Positions 1 to 13,240 of a DNA stretch of 64,000 nt are shown piece after piece (the stretch's first letter is position 1; each line of letters starts with the position of its first letter). The position numbers and the translations under genes are program-made. Source of the DNA: Tubiluchus corallicola (Eukaryota > Animalia > Priapulida); assembly GCA_030141605.1 (NCBI GenBank), contig JAQGDQ010000257.1:124001-188000 (forward strand), written 5' to 3'. The notes beneath the pieces are model-generated. The model did not search any database. It saw nothing but the letters and a program-made list of their open reading frames with translations, and was not told the origin of the DNA.

Positions 1-117
1 TATATATATATATACGTTGATACATCAATGATACTACCTTTCATATATGTTTAGCTAATACGATGTTACTAAGATTGTTAAAAATTATAACCAGAAAAAT
101 ACATTAAATATATTAAT

Positions 118-1190
118 TTCTAATGTGGGGTTCATCCATATTGTCCTGAAGCCATTCTATTTTGTAGTGTAGGCATCATCCATATTGTCCTGAAGCCATT
201 CTACTTTGTGGTGTAGGCATCCATATTGTCCTGAAGCCATTGTACTTTGTGGTGTAGGCATCCATATTGTCCTGAAGCCATTGTACTTTGTGGTGTAGGC
301 ATCATCCATATTGTCCTGAAGCCAATCTATTTTCTAATGTGGGTTCATCCGTATTGTCCTGAAGCCATTCTACTTTGTGGTGTAGGCATCATCCATATTG
401 TCCTGAAGCCAGTTTATTTTGTAGTGTAGCCATCATCCATATTGTCCTGAAGCCATTCTACTTTGTGGTGTAGGCATCATACATATTGTCCTGAAGCCAT
501 TCTACTTTGTGGTATAGGATATCCATATTGTCCTGAAGCCATTCTACTTTGTGGTGTCATCCATATTGTCCTGAAGCCAATCTATTTTGTAGTGAAGACC
601 TCATCCATATTGTCTTGAAGCCAGTCTATTTTGAGTTTAGGCCTCATCCATATTGTCCTGAAGCCATTCTAGTTTGTATTGTAGGCCTCATCCATATTGT
701 CCTAAACTCATTCTGTTTTGTAATTTAGGCCATCATCCATATTGTCCTGAAGCCATTTTACTTTGTAGTGTGGGCGTCATCCTTATTGTTGTGAAGCTAG
801 TCTATTTTGTAGTGTCGTCGTGAAGTCATTCTGTTTTGTGGTGTAGCCATCATCCATATTGTCCGGAAGCCATTCTACTGTGCGGTGTAGGCATCATCCA
901 TATTGTCCTGAAGCCATTCTATTTTGTGGTGTAAGTGTCATCTATATTGTCCTGAACCCATTCTGTTTTGTAGTGCAGATGTTATTCATATTATTCTGAA
1001 GCCAGTCTATTTTGTGGTCAAATCACTCTACAACCTTGTAATAAGGCGCCATCCTTATTCTTCTGAAAGCAATTTTTATAGTGTAGGTGTCTCATGTTGT
1101 TGTGACTCCAGAATATTTTGTAGTATGTGTCATGCATATTATTCTGAAGCCATTTTACTTTTCAGTAGTGTAGGTGGCACTCGTGTTGTT
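118..1190. repeat. Minisatellite, 44-47 bp unit (catccatattgtcctgaagccattctactttgtggtgtaggcat), about 20 copies, in a TEAD intron
   Basis: Unit visibly repeated in tandem and increasingly diverged toward the 3' end; explains the spurious ORFs 247..429 and 924..1196. Confidence 0.95.
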
Positions 1191-1719
1191 TTGTGACTGT
1201 CCCACATGCTTGTACTTTTTTTGCATAAAATTGGTTGGCTTATTTCCTTTCTTGGCCAAGGCTGATTGGTGTTTTAAAAATATTGTTAAGTAAACCTGCT
1301 GCATAAATATGATCATTCAGACTGAATCTCTAGTTAGTAATTACTCTTGCAAAAGTAAAGTTTGTCATGTGTTTTGTCTACTTAATTCTTTCGTTTTTTT
1401 TCTTTTAATGGACCATTCCCTGTATGCAGTTTGTATTGCATTGTGTTGTATAATGATTTAGTTAAGATTAATGGAATACAAGCGTATTGCTATCATTATT
1501 TTCTGGTTCCAAGGTACCAATTACGTCATGTGATCTTTGGAAGTACTAGCTGTGATTGTGCTAGTTTTGCTGGCCTACAAAATTATTATTAAATCTTGCT
1601 TTCGTCAAAGTCTAAATTTGTCAATTAAACATCTTATTTACTTCATACGAGTTATTTTCACTCATATGTGTATTGTGCTACAGAGCAATTCTTTAAAAAA
1701 TAGTATTTTTTCATTTCAG

Positions 1720-4700
1720 GTCGCAATGAGCTTATAGCCAGGTATATAAAATTGCGGACAGGGAAAACGCGAACACGTAAACAAGTGAGCAGTCATATTC
1801 AGGTGCTGGCGAGGAAAAAAGCTCGTGAACTTCAATCTAAGTTAAAAGTGCACAATAATGTAAGCTAACAGACTTTTTAATCAACACTAACTGATCATAA
1901 TTTATGAAATTATATAAATTATATATCAATTTTACAAATTAATATAAAATATCAACATCAGATAAAGTGCCAGAAAACAGAATTCCTAAACTTAACATTT
2001 TTTTTATTTTTGAAGTTGTATGTCTTTCCTTTAAGTAATACTTTAACAACAGATTGCAAAAAGCAGTTCAGTAACGATTTTCAGTTTTTTATAAAATTCA
2101 ATTCGTTATGTTGTTTAAATTAGCATTTATATTTAATATATATTTTACGTTTGCATGCCTGATGTATCACTGATTATTTTTTATTCTTTCAGAATGAATC
2201 TTGCTTTCACAAAGTGAGTATTACTGTGTCTTCATATTTCACTTCTATTTAGGAATACACTATAGTAATTGCTTTTCAGGACACCTGTCACGCAGTGACA
2301 TTTAAGAGCTTATGCATTTTGTACCTTGAGGCACCGTGCAGTGTGATTATAATCACTATCTTTTTAATCTACATGTCTTTTGTACTTTATTTATCTTTAT
2401 TGTTCCAGAATCTTGTCGTCCATTTCATAAATTACCCTTCTTTAGCTAATGTGTGCATTAAGATTTACTGTTAGTATACATACAGAAGAGTTTTGTAAAG
2501 CTATTCAAAGTAAATTTAGTATAGTTCTGTATGTTCACAAGTGTGATAAATGATATGGCTTTAATACGTCAAACTAATATGAAACTGTATATTATTCTTG
2601 CGTGTATATTGAAAAGCTGATTTTTAAGCATTTGTCTGCAAACATTATTTTGCATACACAAACACTCACTGGTAATGATTTTTGCAGGACCAGTCAGCAA
2701 AAGAGAATGCATTAAAGAGTCTTGCTGGCATGTCTTCTGCACAGATTGTGTCAGCAACCATCCTCAACAACAAAGGGTTTCCATCTGGTCCAGTCGGAGG
2801 GTTACCGCCCTTTGCCAACAGCATGCCTTCAGCATATCCGGCCGCAGCTCCTCCTGTAAGTGAACTTTAGACAAACTGCTATTAAAATTGAATAACGAAC
2901 AATTTAATAACTGTTTTCGGTATCCTTCGTGTTTAGCTGGGCTGGTTGTGCAATGCATTTATTCATTTTCTAAGCTGTGTTAGGATGGAGCAGTCAGTTA
3001 ACATGAATTCTCGTGATGAAAAGACTGTTAATTTGCTCCTCTTGCTGGCTGCTCTCATGTGATATTATCTATTGAACCAAAGTGGCTTACTTTTGGCATG
3101 ATTTCTGTAATACTTTCATTACGAGAGAAAAGAATATCCTTTAATGAACTGTGGAACATTGTTTTTTTAAGCCTAGTGAATCTACATGCAGATGGTCAGA
3201 TCTGTATGTTTTCATGGAGCTGAGATTACATATGAGGAGATTAAAATTTAATGTTATGGAAAATTGACTGAAGGCTACAGAGTCGGCTTAAAATCACTCA
3301 CTTGTTTGCTCAGAAAACAAAATTCTGACAGACATTAAAAAACCATGCTTGACCAAAGTCCCGTGAAATAACCTTTAAAGATTAGTCTGGCCAGAAAATT
3401 CTCTGGCTAGAAATTAGGCGGTTTAATTGATATTTATTTTTATTAATTACTGATTTAAATAATGACTATTTTTCGTATATTTGTTTTCTGCAGCAAATTA
3501 AATTATAATTTCCTCTGCGATTTATTTTTTTTGTAGTTTTGGCAGCCGGGTCTCTCACAAGCAGCAGCCTCACAAGAGTATGTATGATATTCATAAATTC
3601 TCTTTTCTATCACCTGCATAATACATTCAAACCTGCACAGAGACGAATTCAAGTATTATTGATGACAGCATGTAATGACAGGCGTTATGAATCAATCTAG
3701 GCTCATCAGTGTGTATGGCTTTGGCTCTACAATTCTTTGTGGGTCTAGACCTGGCTGGCTCGGTGCTCCAACATGTGTTTGAATAACAAAACAATCTTGT
3801 ATAATGTTTTTTTATGCCTAAACAAATTGTGCAACACTAAGATTCTTTTCTGTAGAATCAGTACAGAATCTTCTTTGGAATGAGTATTGTAGCAGCTAAC
3901 AAGAATCTATCATAGATTGCGTGACTACAAGATAGACGACAAATAGAACAATTTTTGTGCCCCACAAACAATGATGACAACGGGTGAAGGGACTGACCTG
4001 TAGGCCTCATTCTTGGAACGGTAGAATTAGCTTGGCTGTGTGTCAATTATATGAGACAAATTTAAGCTAAGAGGCAAACTAAATGTACTACATACTTGAT
4101 TAAAGAGTAATTTGCTGAATTAAAACAGATGACTAAATTCGTCAAATAGTTTGGAGAAATAAATTCTTTCAACTACTGACGAGTTTTCTACGTGAAAGCA
4201 TTAATGCTCGTTGAAGATTGCAGAAGTGCTGCATGGTTAATGACAATTCGTTTTTCCCTAGTATCAAACCATACTTAGGACAGCCATACGGGATGCCCAA
4301 CAAACCTGAGCTGCCACCTCCTGGTCCTGCGTCTTCGTCCTCAGGGGTCTTATTAGAAGGACGGTGTATCGGCACTCAGAAACTTCGTCTACTGGAATTC
4401 TCAGCGTTTATGGATCAACAGCGTGATTCAGATTCAGTAAATATGATTTGTATTTTTTACAAAATAATAGTAATGTAGTGCTAATAATACTAGTAGTAAC
4501 AATAGCAATAGTAACAATAAAATGTAATAACATTGATTTTTTTCAATGTTTTGTAAATCAACATATGTTTTAGTGCGAAAAATGAATTTTATTCTACTAC
4601 TGTGTAAAATTTTGCAGATCTCTTTTGTTTTTGGTGGGAGGTTGGATATCATATCTCATCTTGTAGAACAGGACTGAATAATTGAATAGTCATTATTTTA

Positions 4701-7700
4701 CTCTAAAGTTAAACATTATTAAGTCTAGTTAATAAGTTCATTAATGACCACCAGGGAAATTGCTTTTAGGTATTTCATCTGCTGAATGCTAGATGTTGGC
4801 TTCAAGCGAAATAAACTGTAGAAAACATTTTTTTCTAAAACAAATCAAGTTAAGCGATTGTTAAGGTTAATAAATTGATATAAAAGTATGTTATAATGTT
4901 GTCATGTGGTTTACTTACAGTATAACAAACATTTATTTGTCCATCTTGGTGGTCCTGGCGTTATGAATACAGAACCTCTTGAAGCTGTTGATATTCGTCA
5001 AATTTACGACAAATTTCCAGAGAAAAAAGGCGGCCTTAAAGAGCTGCACGACAAAGGACCTCAAGAAGCATTCTTCCTTGTAAAATTTTGGGTGAGTGGA
5101 ACTTCTGTCACTTTTCTTTTTCTCTCAGTCGTTCACTGTCGCAAAACCGTTCAGCTTCCATCTGATTTACTTCTCATCTTGCCACTTTGTCTAAATTGGC
5201 CCTGTCTTTGAGTAATGTGAGACCAGTTTTCCTGCATTATTGTATGTTTCAACTGATTTTCTATTTGTATTCATTATTTTCTTACACTTCCTTCAATCTT
5301 ATCTCTAATTTATGACTTTCTGTGTCAAGCGGAATAGCCTGGTTGTTCTTTATAGAAAATTGTTTTCCTCGTTTAGATCTGATTCTAACGACTCTAAAAT
5401 TTAGCTTTAATGTATCACATTAATGACACTATTTTTAGGCTTTTATTTTCGGAATAAATTAAAGTTACGTTAGAGAAACGTTAGGCAAACTCGAACTTAT
5501 TGGCCTGTTTCCAGAAGAGAATATGATTAGTTAAAATCTAATTCATTTAGATTCATTTACAGCACTTTTAAAGTAGAGAGTTTTCTCTCACAAGTTCTTC
5601 CTGAGCGAGCTCTATCGCGAGTGTTGCCGAGTGTCAGCTTGTGCTTACTGTCTGAGAGAACTCTTAGCAACTCTCGGAAAGTTTGCAAAAACTTACCGAG
5701 AGAAAACTCGCAAAGCCATTCACACTTGCGAGTTTGCACACATAGTAACAGATTCTAATTAGTCACATTCTAATCTGGAAACAGGTCAATAAATTCGAGC
5801 TTATCTAACGTTTTTTTAACTTAACTTTTATTTATTCCGAAAGCAAAAGCTTAAAAATAGTGTCATTAACGTGGTACATCTAATTTAGATTTTGTAAACA
5901 ATATAAAAGTACTTCAAACAAGAGTTAAGAAAACCTACAGATATGCCACTTTGCTTAGAGACTTGGGTTGATTTTATCCCAGTTGAAACCGGAAATCTGT
6001 TCACATCTCAGAGGGTAAACAACAAAATCTAAAATCCTTGCTTTCTTCTCACCAAGATTAAACCAAACTTTTTACTTTATATAATGACATGTAATTGTAA
6101 ATTGGCTATCTTTGGGAGCTTTGTTATCTGACACATCAGATGGAACCCATCATGACAAGAACCGGGCTTATAACATATTTGATAGTCAGACTTAATTCAA
6201 TTGTTACCTATCGTGGTAACAATTTTTCAGCTATATCGTCACATCATGACATCATCTTAGTTAACATTCTGTGATTGTTGTGTACCGTAAAGTACATACG
6301 CATTTTGTGATCATTCTTATTCGGATTTATTTATTATTCCGATATCATATTTATTTTCATTCTGCTAGAGCCTTGTATACATGTAAGCTAGTTTTATCAG
6401 TAATATGTCATTTCCTTAAAATCAAGTAATTTTATGTAGAAGACAATGCAGTGATGGTCAGATGTTTGAAAATGATCATTAACTTAATTTAACATTGTAC
6501 TTGCCTGATTCAGTGCACATTATGTAACTTCAAATTTCTCTTGCCCATACTGTTCATCAGGCTCCTGTTTATAAACTCTTGGCTTCAGTATTTTTTCTTT
6601 TCTGTCTCTGGAGTGAGTTATGGAACAGAATAGGAAAATGTTATGCATTATGATCTCCTAGCTCAACTGCAAGAAACTGTTTAGTTTTTATGAATTAGCT
6701 TCCATAATGTTATGGTTTCAGATTTTCCTGATGCTTTTTTCAAACACGAACGGAAATTACTCTGCTGATAAACATTGACAAGGAGCTATAACTTAACCTA
6801 AATTTATCATTTATAATTTTCAGGCTGATATCAATTATAGTTTACAAGATGAGGCTGGTGCATTTTACGGTGTCACAAGTATTTATGAAGGCAGTGATAG
6901 TACCACAATCACCTGCTCAACAAAAGTGTGCAGTTTTGGTAAACAGGTTGTAGAAAAAGTAGAGGTAAGATTCATTGCTACTGTGCACTCTTGTTATTAG
7001 CACGTTTGAAATATAATACTGTGCAAAACTTTGTTTGATTGTGGAAAATTTATGATACTAACATTTGCACGATGTCTTGTATGCCCCTAGTTGCACGAAG
7101 GACAATTTATAGTTTGCTCAATAGTGAAGTACTGTCCACATTACCATTGTTTCCCAATGGAATTAGTTTCAGTGATTAGATATATAAGTTAGTTTAGGCT
7201 CTGATAGGGGTTAATAGCATGTATGTCCATGTAGGATAGGTTATGTTTACAGTAGATATGATGAAATATCAGCCATTTTTAAACTTTGCAATATATTCCC
7301 TGCATAGATCTATGTGGATTCACAAAAGCTGTTATATTTATTGTAAGTCAAATGTATTTCTTATTAAAGTCCAATAATTTTGCAATATATACACTGCATA
7401 GATCTATATAGGATTTCAAAAATGTTATATTTATCGTAAGTTGAATGCATTTCCAAAGTCCAATTCTTTCCCAAACATTGACTTGTGTCAATTTGTCGAT
7501 TATCTTATTATCTGTCATGTTTTTTTCTTTTTTAGTGTTTTCCCTAATTTCCTTTGACTTCCTTTTCCTGTGGATGCTGCCCTTACCAATCGTTATTTTT
7601 CTATGAAACTTTTCTTCTTATTTTCCTGGATTAGCCGCTGGTTGGAAGTGAGTTGCAGTTAAAAGTTTCGTCTTAGTTTTTAAATGAATCGCTCAGTACA

Positions 7701-10242
7701 ATATTACATCCATAAATTATTATTCGACTTATTAGTTCTGGTAAGAAAATTACTCGCATGCAGACACACGCATGCGCGCACACATGCACACACACATGCA
7801 CACATTCGCACGCGCATCTGTCGTACATTTCTAGATTTCTACTGCTATAAATTTTTTTGCTACATTACTTTATTATACTAATGTTGTGTTAGCATTTCAG
7901 AATAAATGAAGTCTAATTCTTCATTAGAATTAATAATTTGCTGTGTGTTGATTAACTCCTATTTATGACTTGTTTGTTTTTGTTATTTAACCTCTGGCCA
8001 AAGTATTATAGTTTGATTGTTTGCTAACTGTTTTTAATATTGCCTTTGTTTCTAATTTGTAGACGGAGTACCCTCGATTTGAAAATGGTCGCTTTGTCTA
8101 TCGAATCCATCGATCTCCTATGTGTGAATATATGATCAACTTTATACATAAACTCAAACATTTACCGGAAAAATATATGATGAACAGCGTGTTGGAAAAC
8201 TTTACTATTCTGCAGGTTTGTGACACATCGAGAGTCCTTAAAGAAAATTGTTTATGTGCAGAAATTTATTGTTTTATGTTTGATACCCGTACAGTGTTGC
8301 ATTCACCTGTAATCCTAATGATGTTCTTAATACAGTAAGTCTTTGCTTAGCGATACCGTTAAACGAAGCCAAGACTTCCATAGTAAGTAATGCAAAAGAA
8401 TTGAGATACGTTCCGGAGACAAAAATCACTTCTGCTTAAATCATATAAACTTAATGTTTTTTGAGTTTTACTCATGCTTCTACTAATTAATTTCTTTCTG
8501 CTTACTTGAAATCACCTATATATCTTACCTAACTAGTCGTTTCTCTTTTGTTACTGCAGCAGAGTCAAAGCGAAGCCCTTGGGTGATCTTGGGAATTTTA
8601 TCTAGATTCTTAGCCTGGTTGCTATAGCAACAGGTTGCAGGCAAAATTCCTTTGCACAAAGGCACAAAGTTTGCTCTCATGTCTTGCTTGTGTTTAACGG
8701 TCAGTCAGGAAGCAAAAATGTGTACTTGTATAATTAACTGCATTGTTGTACGTGTTTAGAACAGAATAACGCAGTATGTACTATTTTAGTGCGTCGGATT
8801 AGGTAAAAAAGTTGTTGATAAAATAAAAATAGGCTTTGAGCAAAGTAAAAAAATCATCATTAAAAAGAAACGGTGCGTCGTTAAGTGAAAAAGGTGTCAA
8901 ATGTTTGGGGTCGTTAAAAACGAAACGTTGCTAAATGGGGAGACGTTAAGCGAGGACTTAAGCTACGACTCCATGTGCACGTATTGCATAATGCGTGATG
9001 CATACTGACTGTTTCCATGTGACCGTAAACGCTATGCATATTAATAAGTCTCACGGCACTCTTTCCGCCATTTTTGGTCACTATTCGTGAAAATTGCAAG
9101 CCGTTATTTTTGGAAACCATGCCTTTGTTGAAATTTAAGCTTGATAATTACAGCCGCAGCATTAGCTTATTATTGTACTATTAGATGGAAAAGAAAGCAC
9201 AGGTTTTGTGTGCACAACATTTGCAGGGAAGAGAACAATATGGCACTTATCATCATTTAGTGAAATAACTGCAGTTAGATGCACAATAATAATTTATTTT
9301 TTTGCCTACAAAATAACAATCATAGATAGTATATAACAATGAGTTACAAAGTTTAAAGAAGGACATGATGGCAAAAGACCAAAAGGTCATCTAGTCTGCC
9401 ATCCCATCTCACAACACATAACTACATGCTTCTTACACCTCCCAAAAACTCAAATAGAAAAAAACATTATTGTTTATTACTGTCGTAAAGTGACCAAAAC
9501 TCAGCTAACTAGAATTTTCAGAAAGTTAAACATGGTCACAGGAAACTTGAAAACTCGCTATAATCACGTTGGCAACGGCAGTTTCCCATCTGCATCTTCC
9601 TGGGTGATGCATATTCGGACGATAGCATTCACTTTCGAATGAATACAGATCGCGCATTACGGGTAATGCGTTACGTACATATGGAAACACTTCTACATGT
9701 TTAAATACAAACTCTGAAAATAAAGAAATCTTACCAGAATATTAAATTTTAAAAATAATATTCTGGCGAAATTTGTTTTCTTAGATGTATTGAAAAATAA
9801 CAGTAATTGAAGCCACTCAGCAATAAAATTCTATTTTGAAGAAGTTATACTTGTTTGCCAAATATTGTATCTTGATAATTCTATTATTTTTTTGTTAGAA
9901 CTTCTGACTTGTTATGTGGTAAACATATTTTAAATTCTTAAGCCTTTGTTTGAGAAGTGTTGCTGAGTGGTTTATGATATACATCTTTAATATACAGTTA
10001 AGTTATAGCATGTTTATTCAGTGGAGTGTAAATAACAGTGATCAACGCATTACTTGCGTATCAGAAAATTTGTAAACATTTGATAGTTTCTGATAGGTGT
10101 TGTCAATGTGTTTTTTTTATTTTTATAGATTGTTACGAACAGAGACACGCAAGAAACGCTGCTCTGTGTTGCTTATGTATTTGAAGTTTCAACCAGTGAT
10201 CATGGTGCACAACATCACATTTATAGACTCGTGAAAGACTGA
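1720..10242 (+). CDS. TEAD: TEAD/scalloped (TEF-1 family) transcription factor, 5'-partial (earlier exons lie upstream of the window)
   Basis: GT-AG exons 1720-1859, (candidate 2193-2213), 2688-2855, 3537-3577, 4262-4436, 4921-5091, 6824-6964, 8063-8215, 10129-10242 splice in frame. TEA domain end [34 protein letters not shown]; YAP-binding domain motifs [85 protein letters not shown]; ends [12 protein letters not shown]. Confidence 0.97.
5410..5879. mobile_element. Foldback/MITE-like element with ~130-bp imperfect inverted arms
   Basis: 5410-5540 (atgtatcacattaatgacactatttttaggc...ggcctgtttccaga) is the reverse complement of ~5750-5879; centre resembles the MITE at 38451-38751. Confidence 0.85.
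7285..7465. repeat. Diverged ~95-bp tandem duplication in a TEAD intron
   Basis: tttgcaatata...ctgcatagatctat...aaagtccaat occurs twice in tandem. Confidence 0.75.
8333..8963. mobile_element. Tigger/pogo-like (Tc1-mariner superfamily) non-autonomous element
   Basis: Begins TA|cagtaagtctttgcttagcg and ends cgttaagcgaggactta (inverted terminus); collinear with a second copy at 63493-64000. Confidence 0.8.
8964..9710. mobile_element. Second DNA-element family abutting or inserted into the right end of the Tigger-like element
   Basis: tacgactccatgtgc...aatgcgtgatgc at 8964 is the reverse complement of the terminus at ~47172-47202; 9600-9710 is homologous to 47000-47130 (acgcattacgg...atggaaacactt...tgtttaaata). 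Confidence 0.6.
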
Positions 10243-11140
10243 TGCTGCCAATGTGAGTGCTGCCAAAATCGAGTTGTGCCACGTTTAGAGCTATTCAGAG
10301 AGTTGCTTACGATACACCGTCTCAGCCTTTGTTCACTTTTGTATGCATCACTGCATACAATTATTGAAACTACCGTTACCCAAGAAATTTACAGGTCACT
10401 ACCACACCATGAATCATGAAGTGCATAATTCACAATTGTTGAAGATATTCTTTTATTGAACATTTCATAGGTCATAAAAACGTTGAGTCATTTTTGCTTG
10501 TTCATTTCTAATGTCATCGTAATTATGTTAAATGAAAGTGTTATGACTCTAACATTAGCTCTTAAAGCTACCTGTCGCTGCAGCTTACTACGTGTGTTGT
10601 GATGCTTAATACTGTTATGTAGTGTTAGAATAAATGATCATCAGTTTCTTTGCGTTTCTGTATGGTTCAGTGTGTGATACGATGATGCTGACACTGCACG
10701 GAAAATTGAAGAAACTGACAGTTGATAAAATTCTAAGAGTTGTATATTTTAGCATTGTTTTGTTGTTACTGCTGTTGTAAATGTGGAGGCGAAATGGTAA
10801 AAGTGCAAATATTACGAAAATAGAAGTAGTATTCATGAAGGGTTTACTTCCTGCAGACAAAGATATAACCAGTATTGCTAGGAGGTAAACCGGAGATAAA
10901 TTTTGTGAACCCGTGTTGTAATATTTTGATAGTTTTTAATTATTATTGTTTTATTATTATAAAGTTGTAATTCAGTGTGGCAGCTGATCTGTGTTGTATA
11001 CAAGTGATGTATTGTAGATTCGACTCCCCTGTCAAAAACCGTCCTCAATAAGTTTTGATGCAGATATAGAACTATTTGTTTATAATACCTATCGGTCTCA
11101 TATTTACATGTTAACACAAATGTTATTGATGACTAAGGAG

Positions 11141-11668
11141 CAGTGGCGGCTCGTGTATAGGTACTGTGGAACTGCAGCACACCCCCATTTTCACTCAATA
11201 TTATCAATAATATTCAATATAATAAGTCTTTTTTCTCTAGTTCTTTCTTTATACTTGCACGGAACCAGAGCACGTGAGGGTAGTACTGTTTGCTTCACAG
11301 CTCAGCACAGTGCACTCCAGCAATGCGGTGTTTGGCTGTTGTGCGCATGCAGCTATCCACACGTCTGAGCCCAGGTAGAGAAAGTACTGTTGCTCACACA
11401 GTTTGCCGTCAGTTGTCACATGCTTACCATGAATGGATCAAGCTTGAACTGCGACAATTTAGGCTATTAGTAAGCAAAAAATATTTTTTTGTTTAGGATT
11501 TTATCAAGTTTATGTATAAACTTTCATGTTTTTGTGTGTTTAAAATAACAATTACAAATAACAGCATTAAAATAACATATGTTTGTTTCATTTTACACAG
11601 TATTAAAATAGTGGCTAAAAATTTTTTGAAGCAGCACCCCCGCTAATTTTAGCTACGAGCCGCTACTG
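11141..11668. mobile_element. hAT-like MITE in the presumed TEAD 3' UTR
   Basis: TIRs cagtggcggctcgt / acgagccgctactg; degenerate 8-bp TSD ctaaggag/ctaagaaa. Confidence 0.8.
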
Positions 11669-13234
11669 CTAAGAAAGTAGGTGTGATAGGTTGTAATCGT
11701 TGAATGAGTGGCTGTTTAATGTCCAGCAGTCGACCATTTTACTACTTGATTATAGACACTACATATGAAGAAAACGCGATGGGTATTTTGCATTATAACT
11801 TGCAATGTCTTTTTTAAAATGTACAGTTACATGTAGTTCATTCATTAATTTTTTAACTACACTGTAATTCTTTTTAGTTCCAGTCCATAAACTGTAGATA
11901 CAGTATTGGCAATTGAAAGCATTTAAGGTGATATTACTAAATTTTAGAAGTGTATAGTGCAAGTCAAAAAATGGAATGAAGAGTGGACAAAGTTGTGTTG
12001 AAGTCTTCCCTTAATTGAACACCTATTTTGTATTAATAAGAACATTTCATGATTACATAATATTAGTAGATTTAGCCTGGAAAGCAAAGTTACAAGAACA
12101 CAAGGAGCCAGGAAAAGTATGTATTTAGGTCCTCTCTACTTACATAATTATCAGTCCCCATTCTGGCAGGGCAATTTTAGATGTTGAAGTCTATTAAACT
12201 CAGACGTCTCTAGCGGTAATTATTTGGTCTTGTATCAGGCCGTAGGCTTTTCTCTCCATTAGTCGATTTTAATCTCTGATATGTGTAATGTATAGCGAGT
12301 CTTTAAATGCTATATTGTGGAAAGAAAATGATACGTCCTTCCGTTAAGTGTTATTTGTCTGTGGCATTGTTGTAAAACCTGTCTGTAATTACGAGCAAGC
12401 GGTGCCTTCTTTCTGTCTGTCAACCCGTCCAAGATTTCTTGTAGTTTTTATACTCATTTTATATTCTTCCTGGCTCTTATGTTTGTAGATAATGATTACA
12501 GTTTTTACATGTACATATCAATTGATTTTATATCTACATGTTGTGATATTTCCCCGTGCCTTCATTGTTATTGACTGACTGGCCATTAAGCCTACACAGA
12601 GATGTTTTCAAGTTTGAAACGCTACTTAGATTCTACATCACTTGACAAAGTTGCATTTTACTTCGCTGTAAATTAGTTTTATCAGCAATAGAACCCGACT
12701 TCCAGTGTGGCTGATTTGTTGTCAAATTTTTAAAATGTCATGCATACCATTACAGGTTATAACCATTTTTTTTAATAAATGTTAAGGTGTTTTAGCACAA
12801 TGTATAGTATTTATAGTGTAACAGTCTTATTGCATTTTGTTTCAACTTTGCTACCAGAAATCAAAATTAATTGTAACTTGTAAGACTGCTTAGACTAATG
12901 TACTGTTATTACAGTATTGAATTTACATACTTTGGGATATTAAAAATAGGATGAGCATATTAAATTAGATCTACTTTATAAATCAGAATATCTGGATTAT
13001 TACATTTCCTACACACCTGGAAATTGATAACCAGTGCATAACAATGAAGTTCTATAGAACTGTACAGTTAATTTTTTTTGTACGTAACATTCTGTACGGA
13101 GTTACCAATGCCTGCCATAGTATATTCAATAACTTGCAAGTGAACGTTTAGCAGCTTGACTAGGTTGTCTCTTTGCTTCTATAGTTTCTAGAATATTTTT
13201 CTACAGTGTAATCATCCCTTTTATGTTTATTTGA

Positions 13235-13240
13235 AATAAA
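13235..13240 (+). promoter_or_regulatory. Candidate polyadenylation signal of a long (~3 kb) TEAD 3' UTR
   Basis: AATAAA followed by U/GU-rich sequence; another AATAAA at 13736. Confidence 0.35.

Noticed and set aside
3672-3720. Minus-strand CTGATGAG...GCCTGTC resembling a hammerhead ribozyme
   Set aside because: GAAA is absent (ATAAC), and stems I and II do not pair
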